Positions 38,163 to 51,000 of a stretch of 64,000 nucleotides of DNA are shown here, piece by piece (the stretch's first letter is position 1; each line of letters begins with the position of its first letter). The notes under the pieces were generated by a model. That model was given only the letters and a program-made list of their open reading frames with translations, had not been told where the DNA came from and made no database searches. This DNA comes from Octopus bimaculoides (lineage: Eukaryota). A program made the position numbers and the translations under genes. The stretch lies in the NCBI RefSeq assembly GCF_001194135.2, contig NC_068982.1:87389309-87453308 (forward strand), read 5' to 3'.

Positions 38163-40378
38163 GATGGGCTTCTTTTAGTTTCTGTCTGCCAAATCCACTC
38201 ACAAAGCTTTGGTTGGCCCGAAGCTATAGCAGAAGACTCTTGCCCAAGGTGTCACGCAGTGAGACTGAACCCGGAACCATGTGGTTGATAAGCAAGCTAC
38301 TTATCACACAGCCACTCTTGCGCCTATACATACATACATATATATGTAAGGGACGACCGTGCGAACTCATAAAAGGAGAAATGGTGACGAATGGTCACCA
38401 ATTGTAAGGGACGACCGCGCGAACTCAAAAAGGAGATATGGTGACGAATGGAAAAACAGAGGACTCCTTTTATTTAAACGTGTCACACGGTCGAACACAA
38501 AAATATATATATCAATAATGATATAGATGATATGTTATACGACGATAACATAGATGACCAGCAATGAAAGACCACAACCGTATTAGATGAATAACAGAGA
38601 TATTTATTGTAGCGTTAAAGATGTATGTCTGTGTGTGAGTGTGAATGCGACATATAAGAACATAATCAAAGACAGGCCGTCATACAAAGAAAAGTGTGTA
38701 TGTGAGTGATACATGTGTGTATGAGTGTTTACAGCAGATAGAAAGAGAGTCNNNNNNNNNNNNNNNNNNNNNNNNNNNNNNNNNNNNNNNNNNNNNNNNN
38801 NNNNNNNNNNNNNNNNNNNNNNNNNNNNNNNNNNNNNNNNNNNNNNNNNNNNNNNNNNNNNNNNNNNNNNNNNNNNNNNNNNNNNNNNNNNNNNNNNNNN
38901 NNNNNNNNNNNNNNNNNNNNNNNNNNNNNNNNNNNNNNNNNNNNNNNNNNNNNNNNNNNNNNNNNNNNNNNNNNNNNNNNNNNNNNNNNNNNNNNNNNNN
39001 NNNNNNNNNNNNNNNNNNNNNNNNNNNNNNNNNNNNNNNNNNNNNNNNNNNNNNNNNNNNNNNNNNNNNNNNNNNNNNNNNNNNNNNNNNNNNNNNNNNN
39101 NNNNNNNNNNNNNNNNNNNNNNNNNNNNNNNNNNNNNNNNNNNNNNNNNNNNNNNNNNNNNNNNNNNNNNNNNNNNNNNNNNNNNNNNNNNNNNNNNNNN
39201 NNNNNNNNNNNNNNNNNNNNNNNNNNNNNNNNNNNNNNNNNNNNNNNNNNNNNNNNNNNNNNNNNNNNNNNNNNNNNNNNNNNNNNNNNNNNNNNNNNNN
39301 NNNNNNNNNNNNNNNNNNNNNNNNNNNNNNNNNNNNNNNNNNNNNNNNNNNNNNNNNNNNNNNNNNNNNNNNNNNNNNNNNNNNNNNNNNNNNNNNNNNN
39401 NNNNNNNNNNNNNNNNNNNNNNNNNNNNNNNNNNNNNNNNNNNNNNNNNNNNNNNNNNNNNNNNNNNNNNNNNNNNNNNNNNNNNNNNNNNTGATAGTAG
39501 TTTTGTATCTAATGGCGATAGGTAGTTTCACTACATATATATATATATATATATATCTGTAAAAATATGTGACACTTATTCAGTAGCCATGATAAAACTC
39601 TGAGTTTTGGATGCCAGGGTGGGGGGTCCACGCCAACATCTCTTCAGTTATCCAGCCATTGAGAATTTCTTTGAAAAATGACCGTTAAAAACAAAGGGAA
39701 ATTACTGTGTAGTGATAAAACGCGTCTAAAACTGCGTATATCATACACGCACGCACATATCTCAATGTACGCACGCATACATCTACATACGCACGTATCC
39801 ACGCGCACACTCACAAACGCGCACATATAAAGTTCCTTGTACGTGTCTATAAGCGTACGGAAAAAAGGTTTTGAGGGGAGAAAAACTATATGTGGAAAAT
39901 TACAAAAAACATATTAACCCTATAACTATGTAAAAAACATAAAAATAATTAAAAAAATATATAATAATATAAAAATATAAAAATATAAAATTCAGGTAAA
40001 AAGTGAAAAATATGGAAGCCTATCAGTGCTGCCCATCAGCACAAATATTAAAAAATATATATATAAAATATAAGAAATAATTATAGAGAGACACAAAAAA
40101 ATTATAGAGAGACACAAAAAAAAAAATAGAAAGCAAGTCCAAACTGTAACCTGAGGTTAATAATCTAACGATATGTCTTTTTTTACTTTTTTACTCCTCT
40201 GATGAGATTTTGCCCCCAAAAATGTTTTAATTACTAGAATTTAATTTGTTTGGGCAAAATTGAAACAGCTGTAACGGAATATGTTGAATTTTTGCAGTTA
40301 ACANNNNNNNNNNNNNNNNNNNNNNNNNNNNNNNNNNNNNNNNNNNNNNNNNNNNNNNNNNNNNNNNNNNNNNNNNNN

Positions 40379-40420
<42 letters not shown>

Positions 40421-43400
40421 GTGCACTTGCTAAAAGCTGTGATATATTTTCTTCTCTTTCAGAAATGCTCTGTTTACCTTTGACTTGAGCAGCTCTGTTG
40501 GTGATGTTGCATGGGCTCCTTATTCTTCGACTGTTTTTGCTGCAGTTACTGATACTGGCAAAGTAAGTTCAACAACTGTTCACTATCATGAACCAACAAT
40601 CATTTAAAAAATCTTAAATCAATGCTTATGAATTATAAAATCTAGATTGGAACAATTTACTTTTAGGACAATCTATATAGCTTCATTCTTGTTCTGTTTT
40701 ACTCTCAGGGTGTTGTTCTAAATAATTTGAAACAATTAGTTTCATCCTGTGACAAAAAGAAGCAGGAATTGAATATATAATTAATATAGTTATTAATTTC
40801 TACATGGACTGGGCTGTGTGTTGTGTTCTTGAGCAAGACACTTTATTTCACATTGCTCCAGTTCACTCAGCTGTAGAAATGAGTTGCAATGTCACTGATG
40901 GCAAGTTGTATTGGCCTTTGCCTTTCTCTTGGATAACATTTGTGGCATGGAGAGGGGAGGCTGATATGCATGGGCAGCTGCTGGTCTTCCATAAACAACT
41001 TTGCCTGGACTTGTGCCTTGGCAGGGAACTTTCTAGGTGCAATCCCATGGTCATTCATGACTGAAGGGGATCTTTGCCCTTTGTATTTTAGCTAAATAAA
41101 CTTTCGTGTCTACATTAGTTTCTTTTGTGCACTGTTTATAAAATGGGTGTATGTAATACAGATATGTACAACTTAGAACAGTAGTGTTTATGATCAAATC
41201 TACCACAATTTGATGAGCCAACTAGGAAGCTCCAACGTAGTTGTTTTCCCAGTTAGAAATAGTTGCTAAATCTTCTTCAAATATCACCCTATTATTTTCA
41301 ATGAGGAGCACATATGATAATGTAGGCGTCTAAGATACTTAATGTCTGAGAAATGGATGAGTTGGTTACGGCTAAGTCATAGGTCTGTGTGACTTAACCT
41401 GAGGTTAAACTACAATAGCCACAAATCTAAACACAAAGCAAATTAACATCTTTGAGTTACCCTGTTCCTCAAAATGGGACAGCCTCACTTTAGTGAGTCC
41501 TAATTTTTAGGTGAGCAAATATAAAGTATTTTGTTGTATCTCAGAAGGGTCAATATGCCAATAATAAGCTTACACATACACTGGTTCTATTTCACTTCTT
41601 TTATTATTATTAATCAACTAGTTAACCATGTAACCAATTAACTAATGGATTGTTTGAGTAATGTTCAGTCAATCAGCTAGGGATATCAGAGTTCTTTTGT
41701 TGACATTAACAATCTCAACAACGATGAAATAGAGAGGGCATGTCATTGGTGAGGTTGCAAATGGTGATAAAAGGACTTTGACAAACCTAGCTGTTTGATA
41801 GGACTTTGACAAACCTAGCTGATTGATTTATTGACCAAAAGATTAACCAAACAATTGATTAACTGGCTAAATGGTTAACTAGTTGACTAATAATAATAAT
41901 GAAAGCAGTAAAATAGAACCAGTGTGTATAGTTATTATGGATAACACACTACATAATGACTCTCTCAATACAACAAAATCTGTTTCAACACATGGGTTCA
42001 CATCTAGAATCTTGCAAACCAAATACAAAAACAACAAAAATGAAATATTCTTTCTGTATAATTGTAGTGGAGATTCAATGTTTACAAATGCATGATTTCT
42101 TTTTTAATTGTAGGTTTTTGTTTATGACTTGAGTTTGAACAAATATGACCATTTGTGTAGTCAAGTCATAGTACAGAAAAAAAGGACTAAACTAACTCAT
42201 ATTGCTTTCAATAATGAGGACCCTGTAATCATTGTCGGTGATGACAGGTATGTTGATAAACAATATAATGATATCTATCCTCTCAATAGAAAATTTAAGA
42301 TCTGTTCTCATAAATTAAATGATCTGCCTTGAGATATAGCAAAACACTTGCAAGCTTATAAGGCAGCATCTACAAGATTGATTAACCCACTAGAAGATAT
42401 AACAGCAAATTTTTGCTTTAATCATATATTGTCTTAAAAAGGAAGGACACATTGCATAATTTAGTCTGACAAAGAGGATTGCCATGCCACTGCTTTTTGA
42501 TCATAGCACTATTCAACAGAGCTGACCTGAATCAAAACAATAACATATTAGCTGTTGATTTTCACTCATTATTGTATCCATTTGTGAAGGTGTGTGACCT
42601 AATGATTAGAGTGTTTGGCTCATAATTGCTAAATTGTTGATTCAATTCTTGAACCAAGTAGCATGTTGTGTCTTCAAACAACTTCAGTTCTTGTTGTTCT
42701 AATACACTTAGCCAAAAATGAGTACCAGTAGCACTTGGTAGACTTGCATTACATTTAGAGGTAAATCTTGTATTCTCAACCTAAGTATCTTGAAAATCCA
42801 GATTGGTTTTGATCTCATGTGTCTACAAGTTCAAGGCAGACATTCATTTGATCATTTTGCTTCCACACAAACTGAGTAAGATAATATATATATTAATCAT
42901 TAAGACTTCATAATAATGTTAGTTATTTAGAGTTTTGATACAACTCAGTGAAAAAAATGCATAAATATTACCAATTACCTCCTTAATTTTTTATACATCT
43001 TTGTATGGATTTTTGTTTTGATTTTGTTTTGTTTTTCATATTAAAAAAAAGATTCCTCTTATTTTTTATTCTTGTTAAAGTGAGTATTCTATTTTTAGGG
43101 GTGATGTGACCTGTCTAAAGCTATCCCCAAACCTAAGAAAGCAACCAAAAGTGAGTATTAACTACTGTATATTATACATGTATTTGGTTTATATATTTTC
43201 TTCCTACTTAATGCCTTCTTAAACATATTCCTCTGCTGGTATGAGTTGAATAGCTTTTCAAATGATCCATTTTTTTTCCACAAAAACTGGGATGTCTTTT
43301 TGTTTTTTTATTTTTATATATTAAAACATAATTTGCTGTTATGTTTTAAAATGGTTTGTATCATCATATAAAGCAATGTGTATTATCAAGCCTTATGACT

Positions 43401-44310
43401 TCCAACTTCTTGAACATTCATCAGTTGCATCTGTTCCTTTTTCTATCTTTATGCTATTAATTTAGTTCCATTATTTGCTTCCTGACTTCAAATCCGTTTA
43501 AGGTCAGCTTTGTGTTTCATCATTGGACAGTCAAGAAAATAAAATACCAATCAAATATTGTCATCAATTCTGTTACCTACATCTCTGCAACAAAATATAT
43601 AGCCGTTATAACCTGTATTAGAAATTAATATCTATTCAATTATCTTTAATCCCTTAGCACTTTTTCAACACCATGAATTTCTGTCTCTGTCTGTCTGTCT
43701 GTCTCTCCCATGTCCCTCCCTCCCCACCATTGCCTGATTGACCACCAGTTAGCTTCTGCACAGCCATATCTACCGGAGAACTACTTTCGAATATCACTAC
43801 TAATTCTCTTGCATTAGTGCCAATCCACTGACATGTGAGTGACAGTGATTTCATCAAAAGCAATGTCATTACTCAAGACATCATCAAAGCTTTTGATCAT
43901 GTCTGGCATACAAATCTCTAATCAAAATGTCTTGCCCATGTGTTACATCCTTCTCTCATCTCTTAAATTGGTAGCTTCCTGAACTGAACTAGTGATTGGT
44001 TAGTATCTCAACTACAAATACAATGCAATGATGGTTACTGGATTACACATCATTAACAGTCTTTAATCCGACATTTTATTGACTCACCTAGTTCTGATTC
44101 TAACATGATGATGACAATGATGACAGTTATGGAGGTAGTGGGGATGGTGATAATTGTAGTGGTGATTACAACGATGGTAATGATGTTGGATTTAAAAAAT
44201 TTGCATTTTAAAGCAACAACAAAGAAAAGGAAAAAACAAAACAAAACAGAAACAAACCACTATTCCCTTCATCAACATCGTCCTTATAATCATCAGTCAT
44301 CATCCTTATG

Positions 44311-44391
<81 letters not shown>

Positions 44392-44413
44392 AACCACCAC
44401 CACCACCACCACG

Positions 44414-44478
<65 letters not shown>

Positions 44479-47400
44479 ATAAGTTAAGTTAACAAATTTA
44501 TTGCTGGATTATTGTGTGTTTTTCAATCTGCAAGGGTTTTAAAGGAAGAAATATAGCTAAAACTCAATCTATTTCAGATATTTCATGGTTGCTGGTTCAA
44601 TGTCACTAAACATTAAGAACAATGGATAAATGGCAGAATAAATAGAGCAGTGAATACCCTGTGGTATTCAGTTACAACTAGTAAACATTTTTGTTTTGAT
44701 AGAAGAAAGTGTTAATTTAACCCTTTTATTACCATATTTCTGTTGAAATACATTGCCTTTGTTTCAATTAATTTTGAAGATAATGAAAAATTTAGTAAAA
44801 TAAGTCATTAAAATGGCGTTTTGAACATACATTACTGTTAAATTTTGATGGAAGAAAGTTTTAATTCAGATACTTTAATCCTTTCATTACCCTACTCCTG
44901 TAGAAATATATTGCCTTTGTTTTAATTAATTTTGAAAATAATGAAGAGCATAGTGAAATAATTTTGTCATTATTAAGCTGGTGCTTAATAATGATATAAA
45001 TTATGAACATAATGAACAATATAAATAATGAACATAGATTAACATAAAATTTTGATTAAAAAATTTTTATTTTGGATACATTAACCTTTTATTACCAAAT
45101 TTCTGTTGAATTACAGTACCATTGTTTCAGTTTTGTTGGGAAATTTCGAAGAATTTATTAAAATAACCATCATTATTAAAATGGTGTTTGGAACATAAAT
45201 TGACATAAAATTTTGGAGGAAGGTTTTAATAGATCATTTCAAAGCAAGAAGTTTCTACTGTATAAATAGGGATGGTTTTAGGTGGTTTGGCATCAAGAAG
45301 TTTTAGTTCTAAATTCAAATCTTGTCTAGGTTGAATTCATGTTTCATCCTTCTGGGTCAATAAAATAATGTATACGGCAGATACTGGGGATGATTTAATT
45401 GACCAGATCATCATTCTCTTATGGACTCTCAAGCCAACATAAAAAAAAATTAGTTTAAAACTTTGAAAACTTCATGTCTCTTCAAAGTGACTGTCATCTT
45501 TTACAGATCAGCAAAACACTCTTTGGTGCCAAGGACAAGCAGGTAGACCAAATTCACCCTGTAGACTAGTCTTTTAATTTTGCATGAACAGTTCTTTAGT
45601 ATGATAGATATATCATAATAAAATTATAAGTTTTTGGACTATTAATCTCATCTTTCTTCAGAGATGAAAGATTTTTTTCAATACATTGGAAGCTACTTAT
45701 TGTGATCACTTTGAGACAAAGCCATTTAGATAACAACTGACTTATTGACATTAAACAGAAAATACAACAATATTTTGAGCAAGTTTGCAACCTACACGTT
45801 TTGATAACATTAACTGTATGAAGGCATTATTCAGGATTATAATTAATGATTTTCATTGTATTTATATCTATATATATATGATAATGGTTTCATCTCTGAA
45901 GATGAGGTTAATAGTCTCATGAAAAACAATTCCTCTCAGACATTTAATTTTCTATTTGGGATATAACAGTTTATTTCAGTAGTTATAAGAACTTCTGTTT
46001 TAAGATGATAGATATCCATTTTCTTTATTGATATTCTTCCTTTCTTTCATTCCTCATTTTTGCTGTTATTTTTGTTGTTCCATTGTGACCCTCTCTCTCT
46101 CCCACTTTCTCTTCATCTTCACTGTTACAATCATTGTCATCATCACCATAACTGTTGTCTGTGTTTTCCTATGCTCCTTCTTTCTCCTCTACATCTTGTT
46201 TTTTCTTCATTTTTTTTTTGCCTCATCCCTTTTTCCTTCTCCCACTACACTCATCTCTTTCTCACCTTCCCACATGTTTCCTCTTCCTCACACTTTTCAT
46301 TCCATCCCCTCTTACACTATTTACTCATTATCATCTTTCTTTCTTCATATATTTTACTCTTCTTTCCTTATTCACATTTCACTTCCTCTTCCATTTTCAT
46401 TTGCTTCTACTTTCCTCTTTTCTTTATACTTATTTTATTTTTTCCTTCCCTCTCTCTCATTCTTCTTTTTTCTTTTTCTTTGCCTCCCTTTCCTTCTTTT
46501 CATGTATTTGCTTTATTTCTTGTTTCATTTCTTCATCTCCTTTTTCTCCTCTCCCTCACTTGTGTTAACTTTGCCTTCTCCTTTCCCTCTGTCTCTAACA
46601 TACATACATGTTCCTTCTTTTCTCTTTCCATCTACACCTTACCCCTACTCTTATTCTTTCATCTAAACATTATCTTCCTCAGTATCAACATCATAATTTC
46701 CTTTCTTTCACCATCTTTTGATGATGACATGTCAGTGTACAGTCACTTTCAATATATTACTTTCAATAGTTTTTATGCATTCCAGTAATTAAAGCACATC
46801 TTTATATTCTTATTTTATATTTAATTATGCATTATTTCACTTTCTTCCTCTTCTATCCAATGTTGAAATGTTTTGTTTTATTTCAGGAAGTCCAGGGATA
46901 TAACTTTCTCAACCTTTATATATATATATATATATATCATCATCATCATCATCATCGTTTAACGTCCGCTTTCCATGCTAGCATGGGTTGGACGATTTGA
47001 CTGAGGACTGGTGAAACCGGATGGCAACACCAGGCTCCAGTCTGATTTGGCAGAGTTTCTACAGCTGGATGCCCTTCCTAACGCCAACCACTCAGAGAGT
47101 GTAGTGGGTGCTTTTACGTGTCACCCGCACGAAAACGGCCACGCTCGAAATGGTGTCTTTTATGTGCCACCCGCNNNNNNNNNNNNNNNNNNNNNNNNNN
47201 NNNNNNNNNNNNNNNNNNNNNNNNNNNNNNNNNNNNNNNNNNNNNNNNNNNNNNNNNNNNNNNNNNNNNNNNNNNNNNNNNNNNNNNNNNNNNNNNNNNN
47301 NNNNNNNNNNNNNNNNNNNNNNNNNNNNNNNNNNNNNNNNNNNNNNNNNNNNNNNNNNNNNNNNNNNNNNNNNNNNNNNNNNNNNNNNNNNNNNNNNNNN

Positions 47401-47977
47401 NNNNNNNNNNNNNNNNNNNNNNNNNNNNNNNNNNNNNNNNNNNNNNNNNNNNNNNNNNNNNNNNNNNNNNNNNNNNNNNNNNNNNNNNNNNNNNNNNNNN
47501 NNNNNNNNNNNNNNNNNNNNNNNNNNNNNNNNNNNNNNNNNNNNNNNNNNNNNNNNNNNNNNNNNNNNNNNNNNNNNNNNNNNNNNNNNNNNNNNNNNNN
47601 NNNNNNNNNNNNNNNNNNNNNNNNNNNNNNNNNNNNNNNNNNNNNNNNNNNNNNNNNNNNNNNNNNNNNNNNNNNNNNNNNNNNNNNNNNNNNNNNNNNN
47701 NNNNNNNNNNNNNNNNNNNNNNNNNNNNNNNNNNNNNNNNNNNNNNNNNNNNNNNNNNNNNNNNNNNNNNNNNNNNNNNNNNNNNNNNNNNNNNNNNNNN
47801 NNNNNNNNNNNNNNNNNNNNNNNNNNNNNNNNNNNNNNNNNNNNNNNNNNNNNNNNNNNNNNNNNNNNNNNNNNNNNNNNNNNNNNNNNNNNNNNNNNNN
47901 NNNNNNNNNNNNNNNNNNNNNNNNNNNNNNNNNNNNNNNNNNNNNNNNNNNNNNNNNNNNNNNNATATATATGTGTG

Positions 47978-48008
<31 letters not shown>

Positions 48009-51000
48009 ATATATATACCCAGAACCACACTAATAGCTTAGGAGTGAAATTTAGGATTTCTCGTTAGACATTAATTAGCTGTGTTTTGTTCACTGACAAA
48101 ACCAGAGTGACCCTTGACAGACCTGACTGTTGGGCAAATGGTTGGGTCTAATTTGGAGATGAGTGTCACCAACATTTACAATGTCAATAACAGGGTGGAG
48201 GAGTCATGTTGTGGGCTAATATCATTGGGGACAGACTTGTTTACCCAGTCAGGGTGCCTGAAGGGGTTAAAGTGACCACAGCCACCGACTGCAATCTCCT
48301 GAAAGAGATCTTGAATCCCTGGCTTGATGACATACCGCTATTACTTCTAAGGAATCTCATATTCATGCATGACAACACTCCCTCCCACTCTGCTAGGACT
48401 ACCCAAACATTACTAGGGTCTTACGGCATACAAGGTTGGTGGTGTGATCACCAGTACCTCTCGATCTCAACCCAATCAAAAATCTTTGATCCATCATTAA
48501 ACAAGATGTTTATGCCAATGGATGCCAATTTATGTTGAAATATGTCTTATGGGCAACCATCAAAGCTGCAGCAGAGGCAGTCTAACCTGCTACTATTAAG
48601 AAATTGACAGATTCCATGACTAATAAGGTTTTTGAAGTTATCTGTTGAAATGGTGCTCATGTGGCTCAATAATTCATTATGTCAATAAATTTTATAACAT
48701 TATTATGATTTTCTGTTAAATATATACCCAAAGTATGCTTAATATGTATCATTACTCTTCATTTTCTGAACAAGAAATGTCTAGATGGGCTATTTTCATT
48801 CAAAAGCTATCAGTGTGGTTCACCCAAAAACTGAAGAATCTGAAATAAAAACAAAAGGACCTTATACAGAATAATGAAAACATAACAACGGTGTTGCCAT
48901 AGTGTGCAAACCAGCTGGCAAAAGTTTTATGAAAATCGATTCACAGAAAAGCAAGAAATCCTAAAATTTAACTCTTAAGTTATTAGCATGGTTCTGGGTG
49001 TGTGTATATCATCATCATCATCATCGTCGTTTAACATCCGCTTTCCATGCTAGCATGGGTTGGACGATTTGACTGAGGACTGGTGGACCAGGAGGTGACA
49101 CCAGGCTCCAATCTGATTTGGCAGAGTTTCTACAGCTGGATGCCCTTCCTAACGCCAACCACTCTGAGAGTGTAGTGGGTGTTTTACGTGCCACCGGCAT
49201 GAGGGCCAATATATATATCATTATCATCATCATCATTTAACATCTGTTTTCCATGCTGGCATGAGTTGGCTGGTTTGACTGAAAATTGGTAAGCAGAGGA
49301 GCTGCACTAGGTTCCAATCTGATTTGGCATGGTTTCTATAGCTGGATGACCTTCCAAGAGTGTAGTGGGTGGTTTTTACGTGCCATTGGCACAGGTGCCA
49401 GTTACAAAACATAAGCATTGGCCACAAATTTGATCTCACTTGGCTTGACAAATGTTCTCAAGTACAGTAAATCACCAAAGATCTTGTCCATTTGTCACTG
49501 CCTCTGTGTGGCACACATCGGCCACTATCATTTTGGGCTTCGTCTCACTGCACACCTTTATAATTTATTGAAACCTCAATTAGAATATTGTTAAATCATT
49601 CAATTGTTATTGATGTAGGTTTTTGGGTCTAGATTTTTCTATACTGATCTCTGATGAAGAACAACAAAAATAGACAAGAAAAAAGAAAAAAAATGTCATA
49701 TGCATCCCATGAATTTCTTTTAAACTGTAAATTATTTTGTCTATAAGAAATGTTTATCTTTGTCAAATGTTTAATTATGTGTAATTTATTTGCCTTGAGT
49801 TATGCCATGCTGACAATTTCAAATAAGGATGAAATAATGCTATACATGGCCACCTATGATTGGAAATTTTAAGAGCTTGATCAAGTGTAAGAAAAAGGAA
49901 ATATTAAATGTGTATATTCTGTGCCCCTTCTTCATTGCTCTTTGATTTAAAATCCAAACTTCTAATCTTGCCTGATTTGATGTAGGTTTTGTAATTACTT
50001 TTGTAATTGTCTTCCTTACAACAGCTGGCCACAAGAGCACACCACAAGCATGAATTTGTCATTATAATTTTAGTCTTATTTAAAAAAAAAAAAAAGAACT
50101 AATAATAATAAGCTCATTGTATACACTACAATACATTGTGCGCACTACAAGCCAAGACAATTTTTTGTTTAATGTTTAAGAATGCTCCCACTACTAAGTG
50201 GGGAATATTTGAGAGGTGAAGGTAGAGGATTGTGGCATTATGCCAGGTGTTAAAAGGCTAAAGTATGATAGAGAGACGAGTACAGGTGTCTTGCTGTAGA
50301 GGAGATACATATATGAAGGGGATAAAAAGACAGAAGTGATGGAGTGCTAGAGCAAACTCCCAAGATACAACAGGATGAACATAAGAGAGGATACAGGCAG
50401 TGAGTCATGGTAGTGGATAAAAGAGTGGATAATTTTACAAGACATGAGAAGGGAGTAACAGATGATTAAAGATGAAGGTGGAGATGAATATAGTGAGTGA
50501 TGAACAAGGGTGGCAATTGATGGGAAATACCAGTATAGAGTGGTGGGGGGGGGGTTAATCAAGAGATATAGGAATGGATCAGGAAAGAGTATAGTTCAGA
50601 AAGTAGTGGGACAATGTGCAAGGTGTAGAAGCAGCAGAGAGGGGGAAATAAAGAAGTATGTAAGGGGCTATAGTAAGTGGGGAATGGTGGTAGATGTAAA
50701 AGGGTATTGAGAATGATAGCAGACAAGAGAGGTATTTAGAATGGAATATAACAGAGGGGAGAGACAGCAGTGACTGAAGGCATGGAAAATGGGTGATTGG
50801 TAGAAATAGTGTGGGCAGGGATGATAACGAGGAATGGAACTGGTTCCCAGGGAAGGGGATAGAGGGAGGTAACCAGAATGAAATGGATGTTATATGTTCC
50901 AATTCTGCTCCCAGGTGGGTATAACAACCAAGTAGTACAATAGATTGGGGAGTGATAGGTGTTAGGGGATGAGAGTTGGTAGGGCAAGATGTTTGACAGG

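Noticed and set aside
40196-40230. CTGATGAG...CCAAAAATGTT core-like words
   Set aside because: No stem I partner and no stem II.
44105-44482. Poly-Thr ORF; likewise poly-Y/I/N/L, HT/CV ORFs and ORFs made of X
   Set aside because: Translations of microsatellites or N gaps; the track also counts GTG/TTG as starts.
46028-46788. Long F/L/S-rich ORFs (212-242 aa)
   Set aside because: A pyrimidine-rich low-complexity tract is open in all three frames because stop codons need A/G; no domain.
47020-47045. CTGAGGA-CTGGT-GAAA-CCGG looks like a hammerhead core in SINE-D
   Set aside because: No stem II between the core words, no U16.1/NUH triplet and no stem I.
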